Assembly (NCBI GenBank): GCA_043810695.1
Contig: JBDRNV010000018.1
Location: 1 to 48,464, forward strand
Origin: Nanobdellota archaeon
GTDB lineage: Archaea > Nanobdellota > Nanobdellia > Pacearchaeales > GW2011-AR1
Direction: 5' to 3'
Length of the DNA stretch: 48,464 nt
Both the position numbers and the translations under genes were made by a program. Positions 8,992-17,937 of this stretch are shown piece by piece (positions within the stretch are counted from its first letter, which is position 1; each line of letters begins with the position of its first letter). The notes beneath the pieces are model-generated. The model made no database searches. It saw only the letters and a list, made by a program, of their open reading frames with translations, and was not told the origin of the DNA.

Positions 8992-10260
8992 ATGAATAAA
9001 AAAAGAGGTATTAATTCTTTAAATTTTAAAGCCTTTTTTCAATCAAAAAAAGGAATGTCAGAGATTATTGCAACTTTACTGATAATTCTTCTTGTTATTG
9101 CAACTGCTGCAATAATATGGGTTGTAGTTAGAACTTTAATAAGTAGTAGTACAGAAGATATTGATTTAGCTGGAATTAGAATTTATCTGAGTATTGAAAG
9201 TGCACAGCTTGTGACTGAAAATAATCTACCTGTAGTTAAAGTTAGTGTGGGAAGGGATTCTGGAGAAGGAAATTTAACAGGTGTGAAATTTATTTTTTTA
9301 GATAATGAACGTAGTTATTCTATAGAAAGAAAAACCCCTATTACAGAACTTGGAAAACAAACATTTAGATTTAATTCTACTGAATTTACTCAATTAGGAG
9401 GAAATATAGCTCTTTTAAGAAAGGTTTCTGTTGCACCTATTTACAGAACATCTGGTGCAGAAAAAACAGGACAGATAACAGATACTGTTGAAATAATTAA
9501 TAATCAAGGTGGAGATGATGGAGGAGAAACTCCTATTTGTGGAAATAATGTTATTGAAACAGGAGAACAGTGTGAAGGAACAAATCTTAATGGACAAACA
9601 TGTATTACTTTAGGATATACAGGAGGAATATTGAGCTGTACATTATGTCAATTTGATATTTCTCAATGTACAGGAGAAAATCCATCTGTTTGTGGAAATA
9701 ATATTGCAGAAGTTGGAGAAGAGTGTGATGGAATAGATCTTAATGGACAGACATGTATTAGTCAAGGATTTGTAGATGGAACCCTTGACTGCAATGAAAT
9801 TTGTGGGTTTGATACTTTATCTTGTGTAGAAGAAACTCCTCTTTCTTGTGATGGAATATGGAGTCCTCCTGAAGATGCAGGAGTTGAATGTGATGGAACA
9901 CCTCTTCCATATGGATGTAGTTCCACTTGTAAATGTAAAACAGGATTTACTTCAATAGGAAATAATGTATGTACACTAAATCCTCCTATTAACACAGGAA
10001 TAATCCTCTCTGTTTGGCCAACAGGTTCTGTAAAATATTTTGATAGCAATGATCTTCCAAAAGATTCTGTTGTTCTTGCAACGACATATATTGGTGCTTA
10101 TATTAATTTTAGTAATTCAATTGAAACAAATTGCTTTAGGATAACTCTTGCAGAATATCTTTATAATGTTGATAGAAGTTATTTAAGAATTTCAGATATT
10201 GCAGATATAAATCCTAATGAAAACTATGCTGTTTGGAAAGCCACAAACTGCGGATTATAA
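8992..10260 (+). CDS. Archaeal type IV pilin-like surface protein with Cys-rich repeat C-terminal region
   Basis: 422 aa. Class III signal peptide KKG/MSEIIATLLIILLVIATAAIIWVVV. Two CGNN(V/I)xExGExC(E/D)G..LNGQTCI repeats (myxococcal cysteine-rich-repeat-like). The N-terminal ~170 aa are paralogous to 10301..11596. Confidence 0.75.
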   Translation: MNKKRGINSLNFKAFFQSKKGMSEIIATLLIILLVIATAAIIWVVVRTLISSSTEDIDLAGIRIYLSIESAQLVTENNLPVVKVSVGRDSGEGNLTGVKFIFLDNERSYSIERKTPITELGKQTFRFNSTEFTQLGGNIALLRKVSVAPIYRTSGAEKTGQITDTVEIINNQGGDDGGETPICGNNVIETGEQCEGTNLNGQTCITLGYTGGILSCTLCQFDISQCTGENPSVCGNNIAEVGEECDGIDLNGQTCISQGFVDGTLDCNEICGFDTLSCVEETPLSCDGIWSPPEDAGVECDGTPLPYGCSSTCKCKTGFTSIGNNVCTLNPPINTGIILSVWPTGSVKYFDSNDLPKDSVVLATTYIGAYINFSNSIETNCFRITLAEYLYNVDRSYLRISDIADINPNENYAVWKATNCGL

Positions 10261-10270
10261 ATAATGATAA

Positions 10271-10282
10271 TTTTATAAATAA
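10271..10282 (+). promoter_or_regulatory. Archaeal TATA box (TTTTATAAATAA) about 25 nt upstream of ATG 10301
   Basis: Same 12-mer and spacing as at 8962. Confidence 0.55.
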
Positions 10283-10300
10283 CAAAGTTTTCTTTTCTTT

Positions 10301-11596
10301 ATGAAGAAGAAAAAGAGGATATCAAAAAAAGGAATATCTGAAATTCTTGCTACTTTGCTAATAATCCTTCTTGTTCTTGCTGTTGCTGGAATAATCTGGG
10401 TTATAGTTAAAAATTTAGTTGGAAGTAATGTAGAAGATATTGAAATGGGTTCAACTAGAATTCTTTTAAGTATAGATAATGCACAAGTTATTCTTGAAAA
10501 TAATATAGGAACAGCAAAGGTAAGTGTAAGTAGAGATTCTGGTGAAGGCAATTTAACAGGAGTTAGATTTATTTTTTCAGATAATGAAAATAGTTATTCT
10601 ATTGATAGAAAAACTCCTATATCTAAACTTGGAAAACAGACATTTAGATTTAATTCTGAAGAGTTGGGAGTAGATGTTGCTACTTTGCTTGAAGTTTCTA
10701 TTGCACCAATTTACAAAGCAGGAAATGTAGAAAAAATGGGGCAGATAACAGATACATCTGAAATAGAAATAGATACAAGTATAAATATTATTTCATATTC
10801 GTTACATGTTGATCTTTTAAGTACTGGTGGAAGTGTAGCAAGTTCACCTGGTGGAATTTCTTGTGGAGTAGATTGTGAGCAGAATTATGAATCTGGAGAA
10901 CCTGTTACATTAATAGCTACACCTGAAGTTGGTTATGCTTTTGTAAGTTGGGGAGGAGATTGTGTTGGAGAACCTACTAATACTTGTGTATTAACAATGA
11001 ATGCTGCCAAAACAGTAACAGCAACATTTACAACTACAACTATAGAATATTTATTAACTGTTTCAAAAATAGGAGCAGGAGCAAGTGTAAGCACTGTAAC
11101 AAGTGATCCTGTTGGAATTTATTGTGGTGCTGATTGTAATAATAATTATATTAGCGGAACCAGTGTAATATTATCAGCTTTAGCTGGAACAGGTTATACC
11201 TTTGCTACCTGGAGTGGAACAGGAATTTCTTGTCCTGGAACAGGATCATGTACTGTAACAATGGATGCTGCTAAAACAGTAACAGCAACATTTGTATCTT
11301 CTGCTACATCTTATTTATTAAATGTTCAAATTAGTGGTTCTGGTAGTGTAGCTAGTGCACCATATGGAATTTCTTGTTATCCTGATTGCAATGAAAATTA
11401 TCCTGCTGGCCAAACTGTTTATTTGACAGCTACAGCTGCATCAGGTTGGTATTTTTGTCCAGATTCTGGTGGTCCTGGAGGGTGGGAAGTAGATTGTTAT
11501 GGACAACATACTAATCCTTGTATTATAACAATGAATTCTGTTAAAACAGTTACAGCAACTTTTTCAAGCACTTCTTGCATACTTCAGACTGAGTAA
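10301..11596 (+). CDS. Archaeal type IV pilin-like surface protein with three InlB B-repeat-like domains
   Basis: 431 aa. Class III signal KKG/ISEILATLLIILLVLAVAGIIWVIV, with an N-terminal module close to that of 8992..10260. It carries three ~80-aa repeats of the form Y.L.V...G.GSV.S.P.GI.C...C..NY..G..V.L.A....G..F..W.G.C......C.VTM..AKTVTATF. Confidence 0.75.
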   Translation: MKKKKRISKKGISEILATLLIILLVLAVAGIIWVIVKNLVGSNVEDIEMGSTRILLSIDNAQVILENNIGTAKVSVSRDSGEGNLTGVRFIFSDNENSYSIDRKTPISKLGKQTFRFNSEELGVDVATLLEVSIAPIYKAGNVEKMGQITDTSEIEIDTSINIISYSLHVDLLSTGGSVASSPGGISCGVDCEQNYESGEPVTLIATPEVGYAFVSWGGDCVGEPTNTCVLTMNAAKTVTATFTTTTIEYLLTVSKIGAGASVSTVTSDPVGIYCGADCNNNYISGTSVILSALAGTGYTFATWSGTGISCPGTGSCTVTMDAAKTVTATFVSSATSYLLNVQISGSGSVASAPYGISCYPDCNENYPAGQTVYLTATAASGWYFCPDSGGPGGWEVDCYGQHTNPCIITMNSVKTVTATFSSTSCILQTE

Positions 11597-11650
11597 GAAA
11601 GTTTTAAATATATTCTAACCTCGTTTTAATAATAAACGAGTTACCCTACA

Positions 11651-13102
11651 ATGGCTTATGAAAAATTTATAAAAAAAGGAGACAAGGTTTACGGACCATA
11701 CATATATCATAGTAAAAGAATTGATGGAAGAGTTATTTCTGAATATCACGGCTCTAAAAAACTAAATTATAAAAAAACTCTTTTAATTGTCTGCGGAATA
11801 TTCTTTTTAATTGCCATTATCTATGTTTTGTTTTTTTCAGAAAAAGAAATTACAGGGAGAGCTGTTTTTGATTTGAATGCAGATTATACAGAAGGAGCTC
11901 CTATGGATGGAAAATTAAAATTATCTTTGCAAGAAGGAGAGCTGATTCCAGCAACATCAACACTAATTTTTAATAATAATGGAAATTCTTATGAATATAA
12001 TTTAAAAAATCTGGTTTCAGAAGAACCTATTTCAGGGGATTTTTATGTTCAAGGCACTGGAATTTCAGGAACAGGTGAAGGTTATGGAATTGAAGGAGAA
12101 AAAAAGATTTACCTAAAAGTTTATTTTATATTAAGCATTTTGTCTGAGCAGGAAAAAGATTCAGAATCTACTGAAATCACTGAATCAGCACAGGAAGAGC
12201 AGACAACAGAAAATACAACGCAACAGAAAACAACAACTGAAACTCAGCCAGAGTCAACAACTGAAGAAACAGCTCCCATAACAGGAGGTGTTATCTCTAA
12301 ACTTTTTAAAATAACAGGAAATGCTGTTGTTGAATTTGAAAGAGAAATTACAGGAGAAGTCTCTGGAGAAGAAATTTTTAGTTATACGCTACAGGAAGGA
12401 GAAAGAGTAGAAATTAAACCAAGAAGTGTTAGAACAGATTCAGAACAACTCTCAGATAGTGATATTAATCTTGAAGTAAAAGACAATGAAGTTGTTGTTA
12501 CAACTGAATATTATGAAACAGAAAATGGTTTTGGAAAAGATTATCTTGGAAATAATACAAAGGAAATAGTTATTGATATTTCTGATCTTGGGCTGATTTT
12601 AAATAAAGGTAGTTTGAAAGTAAGCCTTGTTGATTCTGACAAGGAAATTCTTTCATTAACAACAATTCTTGAACAAGGTGAAGTAAGTGCAAATGAAACT
12701 GTTGAACAACCTGTTTCTGAAGAAATTATTGAAAAACCTATTCCTGAAATTAACGAAAATATTTCAGAAATACAAACAAATATGACAATACCAGAAACAA
12801 CTTTCTTGCCAGAAGTTTTTGAACTTACAGAAGCAGAAAGAGCAGTGCTTATTCAAAAATTTGGTAATATTATTGTAAAAGTTACAGAAGCAACAGAACA
12901 AAGAGGTTTTATAACAATAAGATATGAAATAGGAGGCTATTGGGCAGAATATTCTTATAACTCTAATTTAAGAAGAGAGACACTTGATTTATTTATGGAA
13001 AAAGATAAAGTTAAATGGCTTAAGGATATTGCAAAGAGTCTTTCTCAGGAAGAAGAAGCAGGACAGAATCTTGAAGAATTTTTAGGGAACTCTTCTGTTT
13101 GA
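11651..13102 (+). CDS. Membrane-anchored acidic surface protein, unknown function
   Basis: 483 aa. Short cytoplasmic N-terminus (KGDKVYGPYIYHSKRIDGRVISEYHG), one TM helix (LLIVCGIFFLIAIIYVLFF), then a T/E-rich low-complexity linker. Confidence 0.6.
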   Translation: MAYEKFIKKGDKVYGPYIYHSKRIDGRVISEYHGSKKLNYKKTLLIVCGIFFLIAIIYVLFFSEKEITGRAVFDLNADYTEGAPMDGKLKLSLQEGELIPATSTLIFNNNGNSYEYNLKNLVSEEPISGDFYVQGTGISGTGEGYGIEGEKKIYLKVYFILSILSEQEKDSESTEITESAQEEQTTENTTQQKTTTETQPESTTEETAPITGGVISKLFKITGNAVVEFEREITGEVSGEEIFSYTLQEGERVEIKPRSVRTDSEQLSDSDINLEVKDNEVVVTTEYYETENGFGKDYLGNNTKEIVIDISDLGLILNKGSLKVSLVDSDKEILSLTTILEQGEVSANETVEQPVSEEIIEKPIPEINENISEIQTNMTIPETTFLPEVFELTEAERAVLIQKFGNIIVKVTEATEQRGFITIRYEIGGYWAEYSYNSNLRRETLDLFMEKDKVKWLKDIAKSLSQEEEAGQNLEEFLGNSSV

Positions 13103-13171
13103 TTTTTTGATAAATTTAAATAAATAGAAAAATTTATAAACTATAGTCCCTATAGCAACTATAGGATTAGA

Positions 13172-13378
13172 ATGGACATAACAACAATACAATTAAGCAA
13201 AGAAACCAAAGAGAAAATTTCTTCTCTTGGAGCTAAAGGAGAAAGTTATGATGATATCATTCAAAGGATTTATTCTATTGCTATAAAGGAGCAATTAAGA
13301 GAGTTTTTAATGTCTGATAAAGGATTTGTTCCAATTGAAGAGGCCATAAAAGAGGCAGATAAAAAATGGTCGAGGTAA
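13172..13378 (+). CDS. Putative antitoxin (small DNA-binding protein)
   Basis: 68 aa. MDITTIQLSKETKEKISSLG...YDDIIQRI is antitoxin-like. It overlaps the next ORF by 13 nt. Confidence 0.45.
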   Translation: MDITTIQLSKETKEKISSLGAKGESYDDIIQRIYSIAIKEQLREFLMSDKGFVPIEEAIKEADKKWSR

Positions 13379-13704
13379 GTATAGCAGAGGATTTAAAAGA
13401 TAAAATTCTAAAAAAATTTAAGGAAGAGTCTAAAATGATATTTAGACAAATGTATTCATTAAAGGAAAATCCAAATAAAGGAAAGCTGGTCGGACAGGTG
13501 GGTGGGATTGTTATTAAAGAACTAAAATATAAATCTTACAGATTTTATTTTATTACAGACGGATATAAACTGAAATTGATGGATGAATCAAAGTTAATTG
13601 AGCTGCTGATTAAATTTGTAAGAATGTCTAATAAAAAAGAACAGCAGAGAGTTATTGATGAGATTAAAACAATTTTAAGAAAGTTTGGTGAAAAAAGTTT
13701 CTGA
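13366..13704 (+). CDS. Putative RelE/ParE-like toxin
   Basis: 112 aa. L.ENPNKGKLVGQVGGIVIKELKYKSYRFYFITDG resembles the RelE/ParE core pattern. Coupled to the upstream small ORF. Confidence 0.4.
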   Translation: MVEVSIAEDLKDKILKKFKEESKMIFRQMYSLKENPNKGKLVGQVGGIVIKELKYKSYRFYFITDGYKLKLMDESKLIELLIKFVRMSNKKEQQRVIDEIKTILRKFGEKSF

Positions 13705-13746
13705 AAATTTTGTTAAAGAATGTTGAAAACATCAGAAATTTTAAAA

Positions 13747-14481
13747 TTAACTCCAGCTCCATGAAGGCATAGGAGGAATCGGCATATCTGACATTTTTCT
13801 GATAATAAATTTAGATTCAACAACACTTGAAACTACAGCTGAAAGAACCAGTCTGCCAAAAACAACTTTAAAAACTCCTTCAAAAACAGGAATTCGTGCT
13901 GCCTCTGAAAATTTTGCTATTATATCATCTATTTCATCTTTGCTTAGTGTAATATTTGTATTTTTTCTTCCCATCATTCCTGTTACAATAATTTTTTCAG
14001 TTGACCCATTGCATTCTATTGTTTTCACCAATGGATCTCTTATAAGAGGCTCTAATTTTTCTAAATCTATATATTGAGAAGTTGGTATAGGCCTAAAATG
14101 ACTTACTGTTTCTGGAAGTCTTAGTTCTGGAATTCTTATTCTTTTTAGATGTCTTTGAAGTGGAACACGAGGAATAAATTTTATTGCTGATTCTTGATTT
14201 AATCTTAATTCTTTTTGTTTATCTTCTTTTTTAAGCTCTAAAACTCTCTTTTTCTCTTCCTTTATTTTTTTATGAACAATTAATGGTATATCTATTTTTT
14301 GAGGAATATTTTTTATTTCTTCTTTTTGAACCTTTTTTTCTGTTTCTTCTTTTTGTTGAAGAATTTTTTCTGTTTCTTGATTTATTACTGTTTTTTTATA
14401 CACTTCTGTATTTCTTATAAGCTCTTTAGTTAATTCAAGAATAATATGGGCTCTGAAATTTTTTGATGTTTGTTCGGACAT
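13747..14481 (-). CDS. Protein with only a GspE/ArlI(FlaI)-type N-terminal domain; ATPase core absent
   Basis: 244 aa. K/E-rich N-terminus, then LIRDPLVKTIECNGSTEKIIVTGMMGRKNTNITLSKDEIDDIIAKFSEAARIPV...KFIIRKM. This matches the N-domain of secretion-superfamily ATPases up to the point where Walker A would begin. The ORF stops 14 codons later. Confidence 0.5.
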   Translation of the reverse strand: MSEQTSKNFRAHIILELTKELIRNTEVYKKTVINQETEKILQQKEETEKKVQKEEIKNIPQKIDIPLIVHKKIKEEKKRVLELKKEDKQKELRLNQESAIKFIPRVPLQRHLKRIRIPELRLPETVSHFRPIPTSQYIDLEKLEPLIRDPLVKTIECNGSTEKIIVTGMMGRKNTNITLSKDEIDDIIAKFSEAARIPVFEGVFKVVFGRLVLSAVVSSVVESKFIIRKMSDMPIPPMPSWSWS

Positions 14482-14775
14482 TTTATTTTATTGTTAATTG
14501 TATGAAATTATATTTAATTTTAATATAAGCTTTATGATAATTTAATTTGTATTTATCATTTTAATGGAGCTTGATTAATATTATTAGATAATACCTTAAT
14601 TCTATTTGTTATTAAATGTTATTTATGTAAAAATTTCTTAATAAATAAACTTTTCGGAGATGGTAGGTGATTAATAGAGTTTTCTGAATTTTTTGATTAT
14701 TAGTTAATAGATCTTGATAAGAGCATTAAATAATAGATTTAACATACCTCTTTTGATAAACTATCTTAAAAATAT

Positions 14776-15342
14776 TTACCGATTTTCCCTTGTTTTTTTA
14801 TTAATTGGTTGACTAGATTGTATTGTATCGCTTCCAATTGATTTTTGATAACCCTGAACCTCTGGAGCTGTTTTTTTAAATACAGGGGCAGGTTCATTTA
14901 ATAATGGTCTTACTTCAACAGGTTCTCTTCCATATCTTCTAGAATCAGTCACTAATGGTTTTACTTCAGCAGGTTCTTTTTCATATCTTCCAGGATTTGT
15001 TTCATGTATTAACGCAAGCCCTTTTCCTATTAATCCCGCTTGTTCAGAGATAGTATCTAGTTTTTTCATAACAAGACTCCTATCTTTGTTATCTTTTTCA
15101 GGCTCAAAGTCTTTTTTAGCAAGTGATTTTGCAGCTATATCAAATATTTCAAGAAGTTTTTTTATCTGTTCTGAAAGATTATCAAATTTTACAGAAAGAT
15201 TAATCATTACCTTTTGAAAAGCAATAAAATTTTCAATAAGAGCTTTTTCTACTTTTATTTCCTTTGTGGATTCATGAACAATTTTAGTAACTTTTTCCTT
15301 TGAACCGCTTTTTTTAATCTTTTTTTTGGAAACTCTTACCAT
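14776..15342 (-). CDS. Hypothetical coiled-coil protein with internal 17-aa tandem repeat
   Basis: 188 aa. GRYEKEPAEVKPLVTDS / RRYGREPVEVRPLLNEP tandem repeat encoded at about 14890-14991. No family recognised. Confidence 0.5.
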   Translation of the reverse strand: MVRVSKKKIKKSGSKEKVTKIVHESTKEIKVEKALIENFIAFQKVMINLSVKFDNLSEQIKKLLEIFDIAAKSLAKKDFEPEKDNKDRSLVMKKLDTISEQAGLIGKGLALIHETNPGRYEKEPAEVKPLVTDSRRYGREPVEVRPLLNEPAPVFKKTAPEVQGYQKSIGSDTIQSSQPINKKTRENR

Positions 15343-15374
15343 ATATTATGAGAGTATTTTTTGTTTATAAATAT

Positions 15375-17828
15375 TTAGAAAATATCCAGAACTTCATTTT
15401 GATTGTCATTTTCTTTGTCGTTTTCTGTTTCTTTAATAGGTTCTGCACCTTTTATTTTTGGACTATATTCAATATCTTCTTTGTTTATTTTTTTAGTAGT
15501 TCTAATTATCTCAGCTGATTCTGGTTCTTTATCTTCAGCATGTTTGCCACTACTTTTTCCTTCAAGTTCTTCAATATAATTTGCAATTTCTGCTGCAATA
15601 TCTGCATTTACACTTATGCTGTTTATTCCTTTTTCAACGAGAAATTTTACCATTTCTTTTTTACTTCCAGCCTGTCCACATATACTTGATTCAACTCCTT
15701 TTTCTCTGCATACTTTTATTACATGCTCAATTTGGTAAAGTATAGCAGGATGCATTTCATTGTAAAGGCTTTGTACTTCTCTATTTCCTCTGTCAAGAGC
15801 AAGGGTATATTGAGTTAAGTCATTTGTTCCAAAAGAAATAAAATTAATTCCTTCATTACATAAATCTTCGATAATCTCAACAGATGCTGGTGTTTCAATC
15901 ATTACTCCTACTTTTGCTTTTTGAAAATCAATTTCTGCTAAAAAATCCTTTAGCTTTTTTACCTCTTCAACAGAAATTATCTGGGGAGCCATTACTCCTA
16001 TTTTTTTTCCGTGTTCCGCAACCCGTTTCATTGCTCTTAATTCTGCTTTTAGTATTTCAGGATTTTGTATTGAAAATCTTATTCCATGCATTCCTAACAT
16101 TGGATTCGCTTCTTTTTCTTTCGGAGAGCCTTGAAGTTCATGAAATTCATCACTTCTTATATCAGATGTTCTTACCCATATTTCATCAAAATGTCCTGCT
16201 ATTTCATTAATTCCTTTGAAAATTATGTCTTCATACTCTTTTATATTATTTTTTTCAAGAAAATATAATGGATGTTTACCTGACTCTGCAATTATCCCTT
16301 CTATTCTAGCTAATCCAACACCTTTTATTTTTGTTCTTGCTGCACGCTCTGCAAAACTAGGAAGATCAACTATTACTTTTATTTTTGTCCTTGTTTTTGC
16401 AGTCACCGGCCTAATTTCTTTTACAACATTTTCTGCAACTTTTCCTCTGTATATTTTTCCAGTAAATCCATTGACAGTTATTATCTCCCCCTCTTTTAGC
16501 TTTGTTGTTGCGTGTTCTGTTCCAACAACAGCTGGAATGCCCATTTCTCTTGATACAATTGATGCATGAGCTGTTAATCCACCCTCATCTGTTACAATCG
16601 CTGCTGATTTCTGCATTATCACAACCATATCTGGATTTGTCATTTTTGTTACAAGAACATCTCCTGTTTTTATTTTTTTCAAATCATCAAGATTTTTTAT
16701 AATTCTTATTTTTCCAGAACCTATTCCAGGAGAAGCTGCAAGTCCTGTTAGAATAACTTCTCCCTGCAATTCATGACTTATATCTGCTCCTTCTCTTTTT
16801 TCAAGTGTTGTTATCGGTCTTGTCTGAACAATATATATTTTATCTTCTTCAATTGCAAACTCAATATCTTGTGGTTTTTTATAATGAGCTTCTAGTTTTA
16901 GTGCAATGTCTGCAAGTTTTTTAATCTCATACTCTGTAAGAACTTGCTGTTGTGATTTTTCTTCTTTTAATTTTATGGTTTCTTTATCTCCAGTAGCCCC
17001 TCGAATAAGTGCAATCTTTTTTTTGGCTATTTCTTTTTTTAGAATTTCTAATTTTAATGAAAGAATATATCTATCAGGAGTAATCTGCCCTGATACAATA
17101 CCTTCACCAAGACCAAAAACAGCTTCTATTATAACCTCTTCTTTTCTTAAAGAAGGATCTTTTGAGAAAATTACGCCTGATTTATCAGAATCCACCATTT
17201 TTTGAATAATTACAGAAAGACTTGCTTGCTCATGTTTGAAACCTTTCTTGTTTCTATAATAAGTTGCTCTTGGAGTAAAAAGAGAGGCAAAACATTTTTT
17301 TATATTCTCAAGAAGAGAGTCATTTCCCTTAACATTAAGAAAAGTTTCCTGCTGTCCTGCAAAACTTGCTTCTGCAAGATCTTCTGTTGTCGCGCTGCTT
17401 CTTACAGCAACAAAAGGAAGTTCTGCTTTATCAAAAATTTCCTCTGCTTTTTTATTTTTTATACCTGATTCTTCTGCTCCCAATTCTTCATAAGAATCAA
17501 GAATTTCTTCTTTCATCTCTTCAGGGAATTTTGCTTTCACTATAAGTTCACGAATTTCAGCTGTTATTTTATCTAGCTGTTCTGTGTCCTCATATTTTAT
17601 TTTACTTAAAAGTTCTTTTATTTTTTCATTAATTCCTGCTTTTTTTATAAAATAATCATATGCTTGTGCTGTAATTGCAAAACCAGGGGGAACAGGAACT
17701 CCAATATTATACATTTCTCCAAGATTTGCACCTTTACCTCCTGCTATGTTTCCTGAATTTTTATTTAATTCAGAGAACCATTTGATAAAACCAGTTTCAC
17801 TATCTTTTCCCTCTTTTTTTGCATCCAT
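15375..17828 (-). CDS. ppsA: Phosphoenolpyruvate synthase (pyruvate, water dikinase)
   Basis: 817 aa. N-terminal ATP-grasp (GGKGANLGEM), phosphohistidine swivel domain (GGLTAHASIVSREMGIPAVVG) and C-terminal PEP-utilising TIM barrel. There is an acidic ~50-aa C-terminal extension. Confidence 0.92.
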   Translation of the reverse strand: MDAKKEGKDSETGFIKWFSELNKNSGNIAGGKGANLGEMYNIGVPVPPGFAITAQAYDYFIKKAGINEKIKELLSKIKYEDTEQLDKITAEIRELIVKAKFPEEMKEEILDSYEELGAEESGIKNKKAEEIFDKAELPFVAVRSSATTEDLAEASFAGQQETFLNVKGNDSLLENIKKCFASLFTPRATYYRNKKGFKHEQASLSVIIQKMVDSDKSGVIFSKDPSLRKEEVIIEAVFGLGEGIVSGQITPDRYILSLKLEILKKEIAKKKIALIRGATGDKETIKLKEEKSQQQVLTEYEIKKLADIALKLEAHYKKPQDIEFAIEEDKIYIVQTRPITTLEKREGADISHELQGEVILTGLAASPGIGSGKIRIIKNLDDLKKIKTGDVLVTKMTNPDMVVIMQKSAAIVTDEGGLTAHASIVSREMGIPAVVGTEHATTKLKEGEIITVNGFTGKIYRGKVAENVVKEIRPVTAKTRTKIKVIVDLPSFAERAARTKIKGVGLARIEGIIAESGKHPLYFLEKNNIKEYEDIIFKGINEIAGHFDEIWVRTSDIRSDEFHELQGSPKEKEANPMLGMHGIRFSIQNPEILKAELRAMKRVAEHGKKIGVMAPQIISVEEVKKLKDFLAEIDFQKAKVGVMIETPASVEIIEDLCNEGINFISFGTNDLTQYTLALDRGNREVQSLYNEMHPAILYQIEHVIKVCREKGVESSICGQAGSKKEMVKFLVEKGINSISVNADIAAEIANYIEELEGKSSGKHAEDKEPESAEIIRTTKKINKEDIEYSPKIKGAEPIKETENDKENDNQNEVLDIF

Positions 17829-17937
17829 AAAGTATAAAATTAATTGATATTAATAAAGGTTTTTGTTAATTTTCAAAAATGTTCCACGAAATATTTATAA
17901 GCACTAATGTTCTTTATTAAAATAAGAGGAAAAAGAG

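Noticed and set aside
4513-10551. Other antisense track ORFs (4513..4830, 4951..5250, 6103..6417, 6786..7055, 8101..8325, 9415..9597, 9762..10049, 10273..10551; also 228..437 and 3923..4108 outside this span)
   Set aside because: Each lies opposite a longer ORF with family-level support or clear signal or TM features. None has motifs of its own.
14660-14730. Possible box C/D sRNA in the 294-bp AT-rich gap (GTGATTA ... CTGA ... TTGATTA)
   Set aside because: Both C-like boxes deviate from RUGAUGA, no terminal CTGA D box is at the right distance, and there is no terminal stem. This is indistinguishable from chance in AT-rich sequence.
15884-17468. Plus-strand ORFs of 66-117 aa (15884..16210, 16216..16569, 16502..16702, 16906..17205, 17202..17468)
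   Set aside because: All lie antisense inside the well-supported ppsA gene and have low-complexity L/F/S-rich translations typical of shadow ORFs in AT-rich DNA.
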